Positions 51,946-62,699 of a stretch of 64,000 nucleotides of DNA are shown one piece after another. Source of the DNA: Alphaproteobacteria bacterium (GTDB taxonomy: Bacteria; Pseudomonadota; Alphaproteobacteria; G965218375). How positions within the stretch are numbered: the stretch's first letter is position 1; each line of letters starts with the position of its first letter. The stretch is taken from the NCBI GenBank assembly GCA_965218375.1, contig OZ244618.1, positions 1,404,950-1,468,949 on the forward strand, given 5' to 3'. A program made the position numbers and the translations under genes. The notes beneath the pieces were generated by a model, which had not been told where the DNA came from, did not search any database, and saw nothing but the letters and a program-made list of their open reading frames with translations.

Positions 51946-52854
51946 ATGAGTATCTGGCAAGTAACTGTGACTGTTCCCCAGCGGGCAGTGGGCGTATTTG
52001 AAATTGTTCTGGGGGAAGATGCCGATGCGATCTCTACCATGGATCTGCCCGTCAATAAGGAACAAGTTGAGCAATTATGGATTGTGGAAGTGATCATGAC
52101 CACGGAACCTGATCATCGACGGATTGAGTCCCAGGCGAGGTTGGCATCTAAGATTTCTGGAATTGACATGCCGGAAGTTGATATTGACCTGTTGCAAGAT
52201 CAGGATTGGGTACAGATGGCATTGGGGAAGTTGTCACCGATTTATGCGGATCGTTTTTATGTCCATGGCCCCCATGATCGCGGCACAACACCCTATGGGG
52301 CATATGGCCTTGAGATTGAAGCTGGGCAGGCTTTCGGAACGGGTCATCATGGGACAACCAAAGGGTGTTTGTTGGCCTTAAGCTATGTGTCGCGCCGCTT
52401 ATCAGAGGGGCGGCCAAGGCGGGTTTTGGATATTGGGACAGGGTCGGGGGTTTTAGCTCTGGCTGCAGCAAAGGCATGGCACTGCTTTGTTATGGCCGTG
52501 GATATTGATAAGGTCGCTGTATCCACGACCAAAAGTAATTTTCAAAAAAACAAAACCAAGGGCGTACGGGTACATTTTGGAGCTGGTGCCCGTCAGAGGC
52601 AGGTTATCGCCTGTGGACCCTATAATGTGATTATGGCGAATATCCTTGCGCGCCCCTTGGTTATGATGGCGGCGGATATTAGCGTTGTGGCCGCCAAGGG
52701 GGGGTATCTTATCTTAAGCGGGTTTATTAATACCCAAATTAATCAGGTCACTGCAGCCTATAAAATGCGTGGATTTCGCCTCATACGTTTCTGGGATATG
52801 GGTAAGGGAGAAATGGGGCATAATTGGATGGTCTACCTGATGCAAAAACAATAG
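51946..52854 (+). CDS. prmA: ribosomal protein L11 methyltransferase
   Basis: SAM-binding motif LDIGTGSGVLA, an FGTG.H.TT segment, and about 300 aa length. Confidence 0.9.
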   Translation: MSIWQVTVTVPQRAVGVFEIVLGEDADAISTMDLPVNKEQVEQLWIVEVIMTTEPDHRRIESQARLASKISGIDMPEVDIDLLQDQDWVQMALGKLSPIYADRFYVHGPHDRGTTPYGAYGLEIEAGQAFGTGHHGTTKGCLLALSYVSRRLSEGRPRRVLDIGTGSGVLALAAAKAWHCFVMAVDIDKVAVSTTKSNFQKNKTKGVRVHFGAGARQRQVIACGPYNVIMANILARPLVMMAADISVVAAKGGYLILSGFINTQINQVTAAYKMRGFRLIRFWDMGKGEMGHNWMVYLMQKQ

Positions 52855-52861
52855 GATGTCC

Positions 52862-53308
52862 TTAGAGGTTTTGCGTAATTTCAAGCGCTAATTGTTTAAT
52901 TTCTTCCATATTTGTTGGTGATCTCTCTAAGTCTTTAAGGGGTGTGGGATCGTTTTTAAACCGCGGGATAAGATGCACATGATAGTGGGGAACTTCCTGT
53001 CCTGAAACGGGGTAATTATTTTGAAGAACATTCATGCCATCTGCTGAGACGGTTTTCTGAATGGCTTCGGCAATATGTTTTTGAGCGCGTGCAACCTCAG
53101 AGATACTGCTGAAAGCGGGGGTTTCAGGCATATCAAATAAGGTCTCATAGTGTCCTTTGTAAACCAACAAAACATGTCCCCGCGTGTAGGGGTAAATATC
53201 CATAAATGCAATCAGGTGTTCGTTTTCATAGATCTTAAAACATTGGGCATCACCTTTAATGATTTTACAAAAAATGCAGGTGTCTATGGGGGGGGTGTTT
53301 GTCGTCAT
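52862..53308 (-). CDS. HIT-family (histidine triad) nucleotide hydrolase
   Basis: HxHxHxx motif (HYHVHLIP) and the CIFCKI N-terminal region. Start at the internal ATG. Confidence 0.85.
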   Translation of the reverse strand: MTTNTPPIDTCIFCKIIKGDAQCFKIYENEHLIAFMDIYPYTRGHVLLVYKGHYETLFDMPETPAFSSISEVARAQKHIAEAIQKTVSADGMNVLQNNYPVSGQEVPHYHVHLIPRFKNDPTPLKDLERSPTNMEEIKQLALEITQNL

Positions 53309-53519
53309 GAAGACCTCCAATATGGGACGCAACTCAGAAAATTTCCGTGACCTCTCAGAAAAAGGTACAATAAATTAAATCAATATATTATTTATTTTTT
53401 ATATACGATTTATTTATAATTTAGTACATTTAGTTTATAGTCAAAGGCAACATATTTATAAGCAATTATTTATTTATTGCCATGTAAGTTTTTTTGTAAA
53501 TAATGAGATTGGTCGTCAA

Positions 53520-53819
53520 ATGGATTTAGAAGAGTTAACAGAAAAAGTATCCGATCGGGTCGCCGGTGTCGCAGCTGTGGGCGCGACGTTTAAGTTTAAA
53601 ATTGATGATTTAGGGATTATTTTTGTTGATGCCACCTCAGACAGTGCTGTGGTTTCGAATGAAGATGGGGATTCCGACTGCACCATTATTTTAAGTTTGC
53701 AAAAAATGCTGGATATTATGGATGGGAAAACCAGTTCTATGACAGCCTTCATGACAGGCTCCCTTAAAATTGAGGGCAGCATGGGAGTTGCTATGAAACT
53801 TCAATCTATTTTAGGGTAG
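53520..53819 (+). CDS. SCP-2 sterol-carrier-like domain protein
   Basis: 99 aa with the SCP2 fold signature (...DG...MTG.LKIEG.M..AMKL). Confidence 0.7.
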   Translation: MDLEELTEKVSDRVAGVAAVGATFKFKIDDLGIIFVDATSDSAVVSNEDGDSDCTIILSLQKMLDIMDGKTSSMTAFMTGSLKIEGSMGVAMKLQSILG

Positions 53820-53849
53820 GCCAGCAAACCTCCCGCTCTAGAGAGATTG

Positions 53850-55211
53850 TTATAGTTTAGAGAAGCATTCTTCTTTAAAATACATTTCAATGTTTTGGTT
53901 CCAAGGGCCGTAATACTTTTCAAGAAGTCGCTCCGCTGGCGTTATGCCAGTTTCGGCTGTTTCTTTTATGGTGTTGAGGAAAATTGTCTCATTAGCCCCT
54001 TGGGAATTTGTTTGATTCCTGTTTTTGAGTCCTTGGTGGGCGATGGCCAAAACTTCTTTCGCGAGGTCGTGGACAGTATGGTTGCGAAACTTGGCTTTAA
54101 GGGCAGATTTGGCGACATTTTTTTGGAGGTCGTTAATCTCTTCATATCTCCAGTCTTTGATAATATCCCAAGCTGCTGAGAGGGATGTTGTGTCATATAA
54201 GAGACCAACCCAGAGGGCTGGAGTTGCACAAACATCATCCTTATTGTTCATGTCCGCCCCTCTCATTTCAAGGTAGTTCTTGAGCCGAACTTCGGAAAAG
54301 ACGGTTGTGTTATGGTCATGCCAATCACTTAAAGTTGGGAGTTGTCCAGGAAATCCCGGGAGTTTCCCTGAGAGAAAGTCTTTAAAACTATGGCCAGCAA
54401 CATTAATTAACGTGCTGTTGCGGTAAAAAAAGTACATGGGCACATCCAGCAGATAGTCAACCCACCGTTCAAAACTAAACCCATCCTCGAAAACTATTTG
54501 AGGGATGCCGCACCTATGGGAATCCGTGTGCAACCAAAGGTAACTGCGATAGCTGAGAAATCCCGTCGGTTTATTATCAATAAAAGGACTGTTGGCGGTT
54601 AGAGCGACGATAATAGGCTGTAATGCTAAGGCAGTACGAAACTTTTTCACCATATCTGCTTCAGAGTCAAAGTCTAAACTTACTTGGATAGAGGCACTGC
54701 GTAACATCATATCAAGACCATGTTTGTCTCGCTTCTTCATGTACGCGCGCATAATGTCGTAGCGCCCTTTAGGCATGATTGGCGATTCTGATAAGGCCCA
54801 CTTGGGGCTGCTCCCACTTCCTAAGAAGTCAATATTCATTGAATCAGTGATCCTTTGGAGTTCAGAGAAGTGGGAAGAGGTTTCATCGTATGTTTGGTGC
54901 AGATTTTTTAATGGTGCGCCACTAAGTTCAAGTTGTCCGGCGGGCTCGAGTGTAATATTACTTTTATTCGTTTTATGTTTGAGGCCAATAATATTTTGAT
55001 TTTCAATAATGGGTGTCCATTGGTCTTGCGGGAAGCTGGTCAATATTTTGTGGATACTCCGGTCGCCATCATAGGGGATAGGACTGTTGTCTTCGATTAA
55101 AAACCCAAATTTTTCATGTTCAGTGCCTATGCGCCACTCTGCGCGAGGGGTACAGCCGGTTTCTAGGTCTTCAATAATACGACGCTTTGTTATAAGAGTG
55201 TCACTGTCCAT
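53850..55211 (-). CDS. gshA: glutamate--cysteine ligase, plant/alphaproteobacterial type (GCS2 family)
   Basis: 453 aa with colinear similarity to GCS2-type GshA. The rsmE-gshA adjacency is typical of Alphaproteobacteria. Confidence 0.9.
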   Translation of the reverse strand: MDSDTLITKRRIIEDLETGCTPRAEWRIGTEHEKFGFLIEDNSPIPYDGDRSIHKILTSFPQDQWTPIIENQNIIGLKHKTNKSNITLEPAGQLELSGAPLKNLHQTYDETSSHFSELQRITDSMNIDFLGSGSSPKWALSESPIMPKGRYDIMRAYMKKRDKHGLDMMLRSASIQVSLDFDSEADMVKKFRTALALQPIIVALTANSPFIDNKPTGFLSYRSYLWLHTDSHRCGIPQIVFEDGFSFERWVDYLLDVPMYFFYRNSTLINVAGHSFKDFLSGKLPGFPGQLPTLSDWHDHNTTVFSEVRLKNYLEMRGADMNNKDDVCATPALWVGLLYDTTSLSAAWDIIKDWRYEEINDLQKNVAKSALKAKFRNHTVHDLAKEVLAIAHQGLKNRNQTNSQGANETIFLNTIKETAETGITPAERLLEKYYGPWNQNIEMYFKEECFSKL

Positions 55212-55282
55212 AATCTTAAATACTCAATCTTAAAAAAATAAAAAAATTTTTGATAAAAATATAGTGTTATTAGAATACTTGT

Positions 55283-56014
55283 TTAATTAAGAAATCCTAA
55301 GAGCAGTATTGAAGCGGTTTCCGCTTTTAAGATTCTTGCGCCAAGACTAACGGGGGTTACCGATTCGTGGTGGTGGAGGAGGCGTCTTTCTTCTGGGCTA
55401 AATCCTCCAGCTGGACCGATCAGTGCGGCGCGTGGTGTTTGGGTATAGGGAATCTCCCGAATAGGTGTGCCGCCATTTTCGTCACCCATAATGATTTGAC
55501 GTTCGCTGTTCCAGTGGTGCAAAACTACAGTTAAGTCCGTCAAAGTGTCAATTTCAGGAATATCAAGCCGTTCACTTTGCTCTGCAGATTCTTTTGCAAT
55601 AAGTTCACAGCGCTGTATATTAATGTTTTTCGTTTGTGTGAACTGGGTTTTTACTGGAATAATGTGCTGAACGCCAAGTTCTGTTGCTTTTTGGATGATA
55701 AGTTCCGTATATGTTTTTTTGACTGGGGCAAATAATAACCATAAATCTGGGGACGACTCTTGTGGACGAATTTGATTGTTCAGGTGCAGTTCACACCTTG
55801 CGGTGTCCGTGACGAGAGAGGCAATCCATTCGCCATCATACCCATTAAATACACGGATACTATCTCCACCTGATAAACGCATTACGTTTGTAATATAATG
55901 TTTGTCCTGTTTTGTTAGGGTAATCTGAGCATTGTGCGTAAGCTTGTAATTTAAGAACAGACGAACCTTAGGTATTTTTTGACTATTAATACTATTATGG
56001 CTAGAAGGTATCAT
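55283..56014 (-). CDS. rsmE: 16S rRNA (uracil1498-N3)-methyltransferase
   Basis: PUA-like N-domain (RLFL...) plus a SPOUT C-domain with the G.EGG-like motif (IGPAGGFSPEE). Confidence 0.85.
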   Translation of the reverse strand: MIPSSHNSINSQKIPKVRLFLNYKLTHNAQITLTKQDKHYITNVMRLSGGDSIRVFNGYDGEWIASLVTDTARCELHLNNQIRPQESSPDLWLLFAPVKKTYTELIIQKATELGVQHIIPVKTQFTQTKNINIQRCELIAKESAEQSERLDIPEIDTLTDLTVVLHHWNSERQIIMGDENGGTPIREIPYTQTPRAALIGPAGGFSPEERRLLHHHESVTPVSLGARILKAETASILLLGFLN

Positions 56015-56129
56015 GGACGTGTTATTATTTTCTTGTGATGCTCACAAGGAACCGTTAAAGAAGAATTAAAAATACAAGAAACTATAAAAAAATACTATCT
56101 TTTTTTATACGTAAATACAAGAGTTTATA

Positions 56130-57026
56130 ATGGATACAGACATTAACCATAAACTGGGGATATACTTTCCATATTGGGTGAGGCCTTATATTTTAATGGC
56201 GCGTCTTGATAGGCCTATTGGAATTTTTTTATTACTATGGCCGTGTTTAATAGGATTGTTTCATGTAAGTCGCGAAATTTCATTTAATACCATAAAATTT
56301 TGTTGTTTATTTGCTATTGGCGCTGCTGTGATGCGGGCTGCGGGGTGCGTAATCAATGATATTGTTGACAGAAAGATTGATGCTCAGGTCACGCGCACCA
56401 AGGGCCGGCCTCTGGCGAGTGGAACCTTAGGGCTCTCGCACGCTATGATATTTGCCCTGTTGTTGCACCTAGTAGGCCTCGTAGTTTTGTTACAATTTAA
56501 TACATTGACCATAATTTTAGGTTTTGTCAGTGTTATTCCGGTGATTTTATATCCCTTTATGAAGCGTATAACCAATTGGCCACAAATATTTTTAGGCTTG
56601 TTATTTAATTGGGGTGCTGTGATGGCATGTGCAGCGGTTTATGGAGAAGTAACTTTAACGGCAATTTTATTGTATGTGGGGTGCATTTTTTGGACTTTGG
56701 GGTATGATACAATTTATGCACATCAGGATAAAGAAGATGACCTTATGGTCGGGGTTAAATCAACTGCCCTGCTTTTTGAGGGCAATACGAAAAAATGGGT
56801 TGTAGGATTTTATTGTATAACTATATTTTTGTGGGGTCTGTCGGGGTGGGTCAACACCAGTGGTGCTAGCTTTTATTTTGGTCTCTTGATTACCGCGATG
56901 CATTTTATGTGGCAACTAAAAATTTTGGATATTGATAATCCTGTTGTGTGTTTGTCGGTTTTTCGCTCTAATACATATGCGGGAAGTTTTTTATTTTTTG
57001 GATGTATCCTTGATTCTCTCTTATAA
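56130..57026 (+). CDS. ubiA: 4-hydroxybenzoate polyprenyltransferase
   Basis: UbiA family with two Asp-rich motifs (NDIVDRKID..., YD.IYAHQDKEDD) and about 8 TM helices. Confidence 0.9.
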   Translation: MDTDINHKLGIYFPYWVRPYILMARLDRPIGIFLLLWPCLIGLFHVSREISFNTIKFCCLFAIGAAVMRAAGCVINDIVDRKIDAQVTRTKGRPLASGTLGLSHAMIFALLLHLVGLVVLLQFNTLTIILGFVSVIPVILYPFMKRITNWPQIFLGLLFNWGAVMACAAVYGEVTLTAILLYVGCIFWTLGYDTIYAHQDKEDDLMVGVKSTALLFEGNTKKWVVGFYCITIFLWGLSGWVNTSGASFYFGLLITAMHFMWQLKILDIDNPVVCLSVFRSNTYAGSFLFFGCILDSLL

Positions 57027-57088
57027 TGTTACTGGTGAATTTAATGAGAGGCGTGTGGATAAGGTTCCTGACTGGAGGGTGTCTTTAA

Positions 57089-58426
57089 ATGACTGACGAT
57101 GGGATTTTTAATTATTTGAGTGATGTGGTAGGGATTGCGAAGAAATACGGTGCTGATGCGGCGGATGCCGTTTACTATGAGGCATCTTCAGATGAAATAG
57201 AATGGCGCAATGGTAAGTTTGAGAATGCCGAAAGGTCAGAAGATAAGTCCATTGGTTTGCGGGTTTTCATTGGCAAAAAGCAAGCAACCGTTTCCTCATC
57301 AGTCCTTAGTTACAAAGACTTAGATGCCTTGGCGGCGCGGGTTGTAAGCATGGCGCAGGCGCTCTCTGAAGATGAGTATATTGGTTTGGCCAGTCCAGAG
57401 CAGCTTGCAACCAGTTGGTCAGACTTGGATACGGCTGATGCGGTGGAGGCGGACTCCATGTCCTTAAGAGAAGCGGCCGAAGAAGCTGAGGCTGCAGGTT
57501 TGGGGGTTGAAGGGGTTTCCCAGTCCCAAGGCGCGCATGCGGCCTTTGGAAAAGATAAAGTTGCGTTGTATACCTCTCATGGGTTTATGGGGACACACTC
57601 AAGCACCTGTCACTCTTTAAGTGTCTCTCTTGTCACCGGCGAGGGCGTACATATGGAGAGCGGGGGTGACTATGGCGTGGCAACCTATCGGGAAGATATG
57701 CCGCTGAGTGCTGATATTGGCCGTCGTGCAGCTTTTGATACCTTGCGACGCTTTAATCCGCGCAAGGTGCCCACTCAAGAAGTTCCTGTGATATTTGAAC
57801 CCCGTCAAGCCGCACGTCTTCTTAGTATTTTAGCGGGCGCAATTAACGGTCGTCAAATTGCTCGAGGAACAAGTTTTTTAAAAGATAAACTAGGGAAAAG
57901 GCTGTTTCGTGAAGGTGTGGTTGTGAGCGATGATCCCCACCGCCAACGGGGATTAAGAAGTTGCCCCTTTGATGGGGAAGGGTTGCCGAATCCTGCTGTT
58001 AATTTTATTGAAGACGGCCTCTTGACTCAATGGGTCTTAGATTTACGTTCTGCCGCCCAATTAGGGTTACAGAGTAACGGGCGCGCCTCCCATGGTTTGG
58101 GTGCGTCAATCCCCACCACCACAAACTTGTATCTAAATGCAGGGTCTCAGTCGCCAGAAGACTTACTCTTATCGGTCACCAATGGTTTATTGGTCACCAG
58201 TATGTTTGGTCCTAAGATTAATGAGAATACCGGCGATTATTCTTGCGGGGTCTCAGGGGTTTGGGTTGAAAATGGGGTGGCAACCTATCCCGTATCTGAA
58301 ATTACCATTGCAGGTAATTTGCTCAATATGTTCGCCCAGTTGACCCCTGCTAATGACCTTACGTTTAATGAGTTCGTCAATAGCCCAACGGTTCATATTG
58401 AAAATATGACGGTTGCTGGGTATTAG
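57089..58426 (+). CDS. pmbA: TldD/PmbA-family metalloprotease
   Basis: 445 aa with colinear similarity to PmbA (TldE). Confidence 0.85.
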   Translation: MTDDGIFNYLSDVVGIAKKYGADAADAVYYEASSDEIEWRNGKFENAERSEDKSIGLRVFIGKKQATVSSSVLSYKDLDALAARVVSMAQALSEDEYIGLASPEQLATSWSDLDTADAVEADSMSLREAAEEAEAAGLGVEGVSQSQGAHAAFGKDKVALYTSHGFMGTHSSTCHSLSVSLVTGEGVHMESGGDYGVATYREDMPLSADIGRRAAFDTLRRFNPRKVPTQEVPVIFEPRQAARLLSILAGAINGRQIARGTSFLKDKLGKRLFREGVVVSDDPHRQRGLRSCPFDGEGLPNPAVNFIEDGLLTQWVLDLRSAAQLGLQSNGRASHGLGASIPTTTNLYLNAGSQSPEDLLLSVTNGLLVTSMFGPKINENTGDYSCGVSGVWVENGVATYPVSEITIAGNLLNMFAQLTPANDLTFNEFVNSPTVHIENMTVAGY

Positions 58427-58514
58427 TCTTAAGCTAAATGGTATTAAGGTATTCAGATCAGGGTGCGTTATTAATACAATAAAGTTACAGAAAAACAGAA
58501 AAGGTGAGTGTTTT

Positions 58515-59273
58515 ATGAAAAAAGTCGTATTTATTACAGGTGCTACCGCTGGGTTTGGCTATCAGACGGCACGGGTCTTTGCCCATGCTGGCTGGGATGT
58601 GGTTATTTCTGGGCGGAGAAAGGACCGCTTAGAGACGGTTGCTGAAGAACTTTCCAAGGTGACGAATGTCTTTGCGTTACCATTAGATGTCCGTGATCGC
58701 GACGCGGTTACTCAGTTACCTCAGACTTTACCAAAGGAATTTAATCAGATTCATACCTTGGTAAACAATGCTGGGTTAGCCCTTGGATTAGACCCTGTTC
58801 ATAATGCGAATCTCGACGATTGGGACGTTATGGTGGATACCAATGTTAAGGGTCTCATTTATGTTACCCGCGCTTTCCTCCCATCCCTTATTAAGGTGGG
58901 AGCTGGAACCATTATTAATATAGGATCCATTGCAGGAAAGTATCCATATCCTGGGGGGAATGTTTACGGTGCTACCAAAGCATTTGTTAATCAGTTTTCC
59001 CTTAGCTTACGCAGCGACTTAGAGGGCACAGGTGTCCGCGTAACCAATATTGCTCCAGGTATGGCCAAAACTGATTTTAGTCTTGTACGTTTTAAGGGGG
59101 ATGTGGACCGCGCTGATGGGGTCTATAAAAACGCCGCCCCCCTAACGGCAGACGATATCGCCAAAACGGCTTTTTGGGTTGCAAACGCACCTGCACATGT
59201 GAACTTTAATATTATTGAAATGATGCCAACCAGTCAGTCTTTTGCTGCCTTAAAAGTGCACACTAATGATTAA
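58515..59273 (+). CDS. short-chain dehydrogenase/reductase (YdfG-like NADP-dependent 3-hydroxy acid dehydrogenase)
   Basis: TGATAGFG Rossmann motif, NNAG, and a catalytic YxxxK (YGATKAF). Start at the internal ATG, which has an AAGGTGAG RBS. Confidence 0.85.
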   Translation: MKKVVFITGATAGFGYQTARVFAHAGWDVVISGRRKDRLETVAEELSKVTNVFALPLDVRDRDAVTQLPQTLPKEFNQIHTLVNNAGLALGLDPVHNANLDDWDVMVDTNVKGLIYVTRAFLPSLIKVGAGTIINIGSIAGKYPYPGGNVYGATKAFVNQFSLSLRSDLEGTGVRVTNIAPGMAKTDFSLVRFKGDVDRADGVYKNAAPLTADDIAKTAFWVANAPAHVNFNIIEMMPTSQSFAALKVHTND

Positions 59274-59406
59274 ATGCCCCTAAGGAAAACCCTCGTGGTT
59301 TATGGGCATTGACTCCTTTTCGCGGGGGGTGGGAGTGTGAACTCAGATTGCGGACGTTTGGCTTTTATCTTCTTATAAAGGGGGGCTTTGGTTTGGGGAG
59401 CCTGTC

Positions 59407-60840
59407 TTAAAATAGGCTGCCTTGATCGCTCCCAGTTTTGGGGGAGGAATATTTCTTAGTTTTAGAGGGGGCGTCTCCGTTCGGGGAGGTCGTTACACTT
59501 TTAACCCCATCGTTGAAGGTGATGGTATACCTCTCTTGCTCTTTTATCTGGTGTGCCTGGGTCATCAAGGTACCCGCCTCATCATGGATCACGGTATAGC
59601 CCCGTTTTAGAATATTATGGTAGCCCACGGACTCAAGAATATGGTTTTGGAGGGTGATAGCGTGAGCGGCTCCGGTAAGGGTCTTATTAACCGCATTGTC
59701 AAGTTTATTGGTTGCATACATAACGGCTTTATGGCGGTCGTTGATGTCTTTGTTCAGCAGGGAAGGCCGGAGGTGGGTTGCCACTTGGGCAAGGGCTGCT
59801 TGGGAGGACGTAAGGTGTCTTTCAGGTATCAGCCGTAACCGCTCAGTTATATCATCAAGACGCTGGGTCTTAAGGGCAAGTAGATCAGCTGGATTATGGA
59901 GTCCGCGTTTTAACCCATTTAAATGGAGGCGTTGTTGTTGCAGAAGTTTGGTGGAATTATTTATAATTCGATTATGCAGAATATTGAGGGTTGAGACCAG
60001 GTCTCCCAGAACGGGAACGGCAAATTCTGCTGCGGCCGTTGGGGTTGGCGCCCGTTTGTCACTGGCATAGTCAATAAGGGTTGTGTCGGTTTCATGGCCT
60101 ACAGCGGAAATAAGAGGAATATGACTGTTGGCAGCTGCACGCACCACAATCTCTTCATTAAACGCCCAAAGGTCTTCAAGACTGCCCCCACCACGGGCAA
60201 CAATGAGCAGCTCAGGGCGCGATGGGTGACTCTCAGGCAGTGCATTAAACCCATCTATGGCAGCGGATATTTGTGCTGGCGCTTCCTCCCCTTGAACCAG
60301 AACGCCCCAGACGACTAAGTGGGTGGGGCACCTATCAGATATGCGGTGGAGGATATCTTGGATCACGGCGCCCGTTAGGCTGGTAATAATACCGATCGTC
60401 TTTGGTAAAAATGGGAGCGGCTTCTTGCGCTCTTCAGAAAAAAGCCCCTCTTTTATGAGGTTTTGTTTGCGCTGCTCTAGGACGGCCATAAGCGCGCCTG
60501 CCCCTTGTAGGGATATTGTATCAATAATGATTTGGTACTTAGATCGCCCCGGAAAAGTTGTTATATTGCCTGTGACCACCACTTCCAGCCCATCTTCAGG
60601 GCGAAAACGTAACATTTTTGACTTGCCCCGCCAAATAATGCCATCAATGGCTGCATCCCCATCTTTGAGTACAAGATAAATGTGCCCAGATGCGGCTTTC
60701 TTCAACCCGCTAATCTCCCCACGTATACGGACATTATTAAAAGAGGTCTCAAGGGTGCGTTTCAAAACTGAAGACAATTCCGAAACTGACATCTCAGGCG
60801 TATTGTCATGGCGATTTAAGGGAGGTGATGTGTGGTCCAT
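59407..60840 (-). CDS. xseA: exodeoxyribonuclease VII large subunit
   Basis: OB-fold N-domain (VRIRGEIS..KAASGHIYLVLKD), catalytic core, and a coiled-coil C-terminus. Start ambiguous (ATG at 60840 or 60792; the track gives TTG at 60849). Confidence 0.85.
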   Translation of the reverse strand: MDHTSPPLNRHDNTPEMSVSELSSVLKRTLETSFNNVRIRGEISGLKKAASGHIYLVLKDGDAAIDGIIWRGKSKMLRFRPEDGLEVVVTGNITTFPGRSKYQIIIDTISLQGAGALMAVLEQRKQNLIKEGLFSEERKKPLPFLPKTIGIITSLTGAVIQDILHRISDRCPTHLVVWGVLVQGEEAPAQISAAIDGFNALPESHPSRPELLIVARGGGSLEDLWAFNEEIVVRAAANSHIPLISAVGHETDTTLIDYASDKRAPTPTAAAEFAVPVLGDLVSTLNILHNRIINNSTKLLQQQRLHLNGLKRGLHNPADLLALKTQRLDDITERLRLIPERHLTSSQAALAQVATHLRPSLLNKDINDRHKAVMYATNKLDNAVNKTLTGAAHAITLQNHILESVGYHNILKRGYTVIHDEAGTLMTQAHQIKEQERYTITFNDGVKSVTTSPNGDAPSKTKKYSSPKTGSDQGSLF

Positions 60841-60849
60841 TGGTATCAA

Positions 60850-61828
60850 ATTTTCATGTTAATTTTATTATCTACTAGGTAATTTAATGATATTTAGGGT
60901 AAAGATCAACGGTATATCTAACTTATGTCCTTCTCAAGAATAGGGTGTTTAAGGTTTTTTGTCCTTAGAGTTTTTTTTACAACAATAAATTGAATAAACT
61001 ATGTCTTTTTAGGTTGCAATCTTTGTGCAAAAATTAAACTCTGAGTTGTTTATTTTGTAGAGTGAATGAGGGTGAAAAAACGAAGCATAAATGAGGGGAG
61101 TGTCTGGTTTGTTAATTAAAAATTAATAATAAGGTTAATTTTAAATTAAACTTTAGTTTTAAATTTTTTCTTAATAATAATAAATTTTAAATAAATAAAT
61201 TGTTTGATTACAGTGATTTAATTTCATAAGTTAAAAATTATTCAATAGTAAATTAGGTATTGTTAAATTAAAAAAAATTTATTTAACAATTTTAAGTATA
61301 TATACAGTAGACAGTTAAACACATGGGTTGTATAGTCGCATTTGGAACGGTGAATAAAGAGATTTAATAACAAAATAATAAATGAAATTTTAATACAAAT
61401 TAGTGAAAAAATAATTACTGTCTTTGTAAAAAAAAGATGAGAGTTAAAGTTAAAAAATTGTCACAAGAAACTTATATTAATAAAACTGTATTTGTCTTTA
61501 TTATTCTGATTTTTTAATAATAAAAATTGCATAAAACATCAAATATTAAAAACCACTTATTAAAAAAATTAAGGTATTAAAATTCTTTTTGTAAAATTCT
61601 CGTTAAGGTTGGTATAACTGTTTGTTTACAATTAAATGATACTAATTAAATTATGTTCTTATTTTTTAGTAATTGTATATTAGTAAACAAATGTTCAGCT
61701 TTTAAAGGGAGCAAAGTCTGCGGATCTATAAATTTTTGTATTAAAAAATATAAAATTATATTGTTATCAACGCGATTATGTTGTCTATTTAAAGTTGATT
61801 TTTACATTTAGTGTTTGGGAATAGTTTT
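60850..61828. other. roughly 980-bp ORF-free, extremely AT-rich intergenic region containing a 9-bp perfect inverted repeat (TTGTTAAAT-12 nt-ATTTAACAA)
   Basis: No ORF of 60 aa or more on either strand. Composition is far more AT-rich than the flanking genes. Confidence 0.6.
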
Positions 61829-62500
61829 ATGAAGGTCTTTTTGGCCGATGATCATGATTTAGTTCGAAATAGTCTGGCGAACCATTTAAGAATTGAGTGG
61901 CCACATGCAGAAATATATGATGCAAAAAATGGTGATGAATTGATTTCGCTCATAAATAAAGAAGAAAATCCATCTTTGGTTATTTGCGATTATGTCATGC
62001 CAAATATGAATGGTGTGAGTGGTGTCAAGTCAGTTCTTGAGCGTTTGAACGGAGTGCCTTTAGTGATGATTTCCGGTCTCGCTGGTGCCGTGGATATTGT
62101 TGAGTTGATGCAGCTTGGTGTTTCGGGCTTTCTGATGAAGACAATGACGCCCAAATCACTCTTGAATGCTTTGAATTTAATCCTCTCTGGTGATGTATAT
62201 GTGCCAAGTATCGTATTGGATGTCATTGATATTCACGAGCTGCGATCACTCCATGGTTTTGGTCGTGAACAGGATCAGAAAGGGTCTGGTCGACGATTCT
62301 TTGAATCCCTCACCGAAAGGGAGCGTCAGATTCTTACATTTCTGACGGATGGTCTAACCAATCGGGATATTGCCAAAAAATTGAACTTGCAAGAAATTAC
62401 GGTCAAAGTGCATTTAAAGCACGTCTTTCGAAAACTGGGCGTAACCAATAGAACCCAGGCTTCAAGCATGGCATTTCGAATGGGCTTTATCAAAACCTAG
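61829..62500 (+). CDS. two-component response regulator, NarL/FixJ (LuxR-HTH) family
   Basis: Receiver domain (LADDHDL...ICDYVMP...) plus a C-terminal LuxR-type HTH (LTERERQILTFLTDGLTNRDIAKKLNLQEITVKVHLKHVFRKLGV). Confidence 0.85.
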   Translation: MKVFLADDHDLVRNSLANHLRIEWPHAEIYDAKNGDELISLINKEENPSLVICDYVMPNMNGVSGVKSVLERLNGVPLVMISGLAGAVDIVELMQLGVSGFLMKTMTPKSLLNALNLILSGDVYVPSIVLDVIDIHELRSLHGFGREQDQKGSGRRFFESLTERERQILTFLTDGLTNRDIAKKLNLQEITVKVHLKHVFRKLGVTNRTQASSMAFRMGFIKT

Positions 62501-62699
62501 AGCAAGATTTTTTTCGTGTAATCTCCTTTTCTGTGCGGAGCATTTTACATTTGTTAACCGGTGTATTATAATTATAATTTATTTACTGGGGTCGTTTTTA
62601 GTGATAAGACTTGGGTTCCAGTGATATTTTTACTTTTACCTTATATCCAGGTAGGTAGATCTAAAATTTAAATTATATGTTAAGCAATCAGGGTGGAAG

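Noticed and set aside
57054-57062. Single DnaA-box-like 9-mer TGTGGATAA upstream of pmbA. Also considered the 60.8-61.8 kb AT-rich region as a possible replication origin.
   Set aside because: An isolated box, no cluster of boxes, and no dnaA/hemE/parAB context. AT-richness alone is insufficient.
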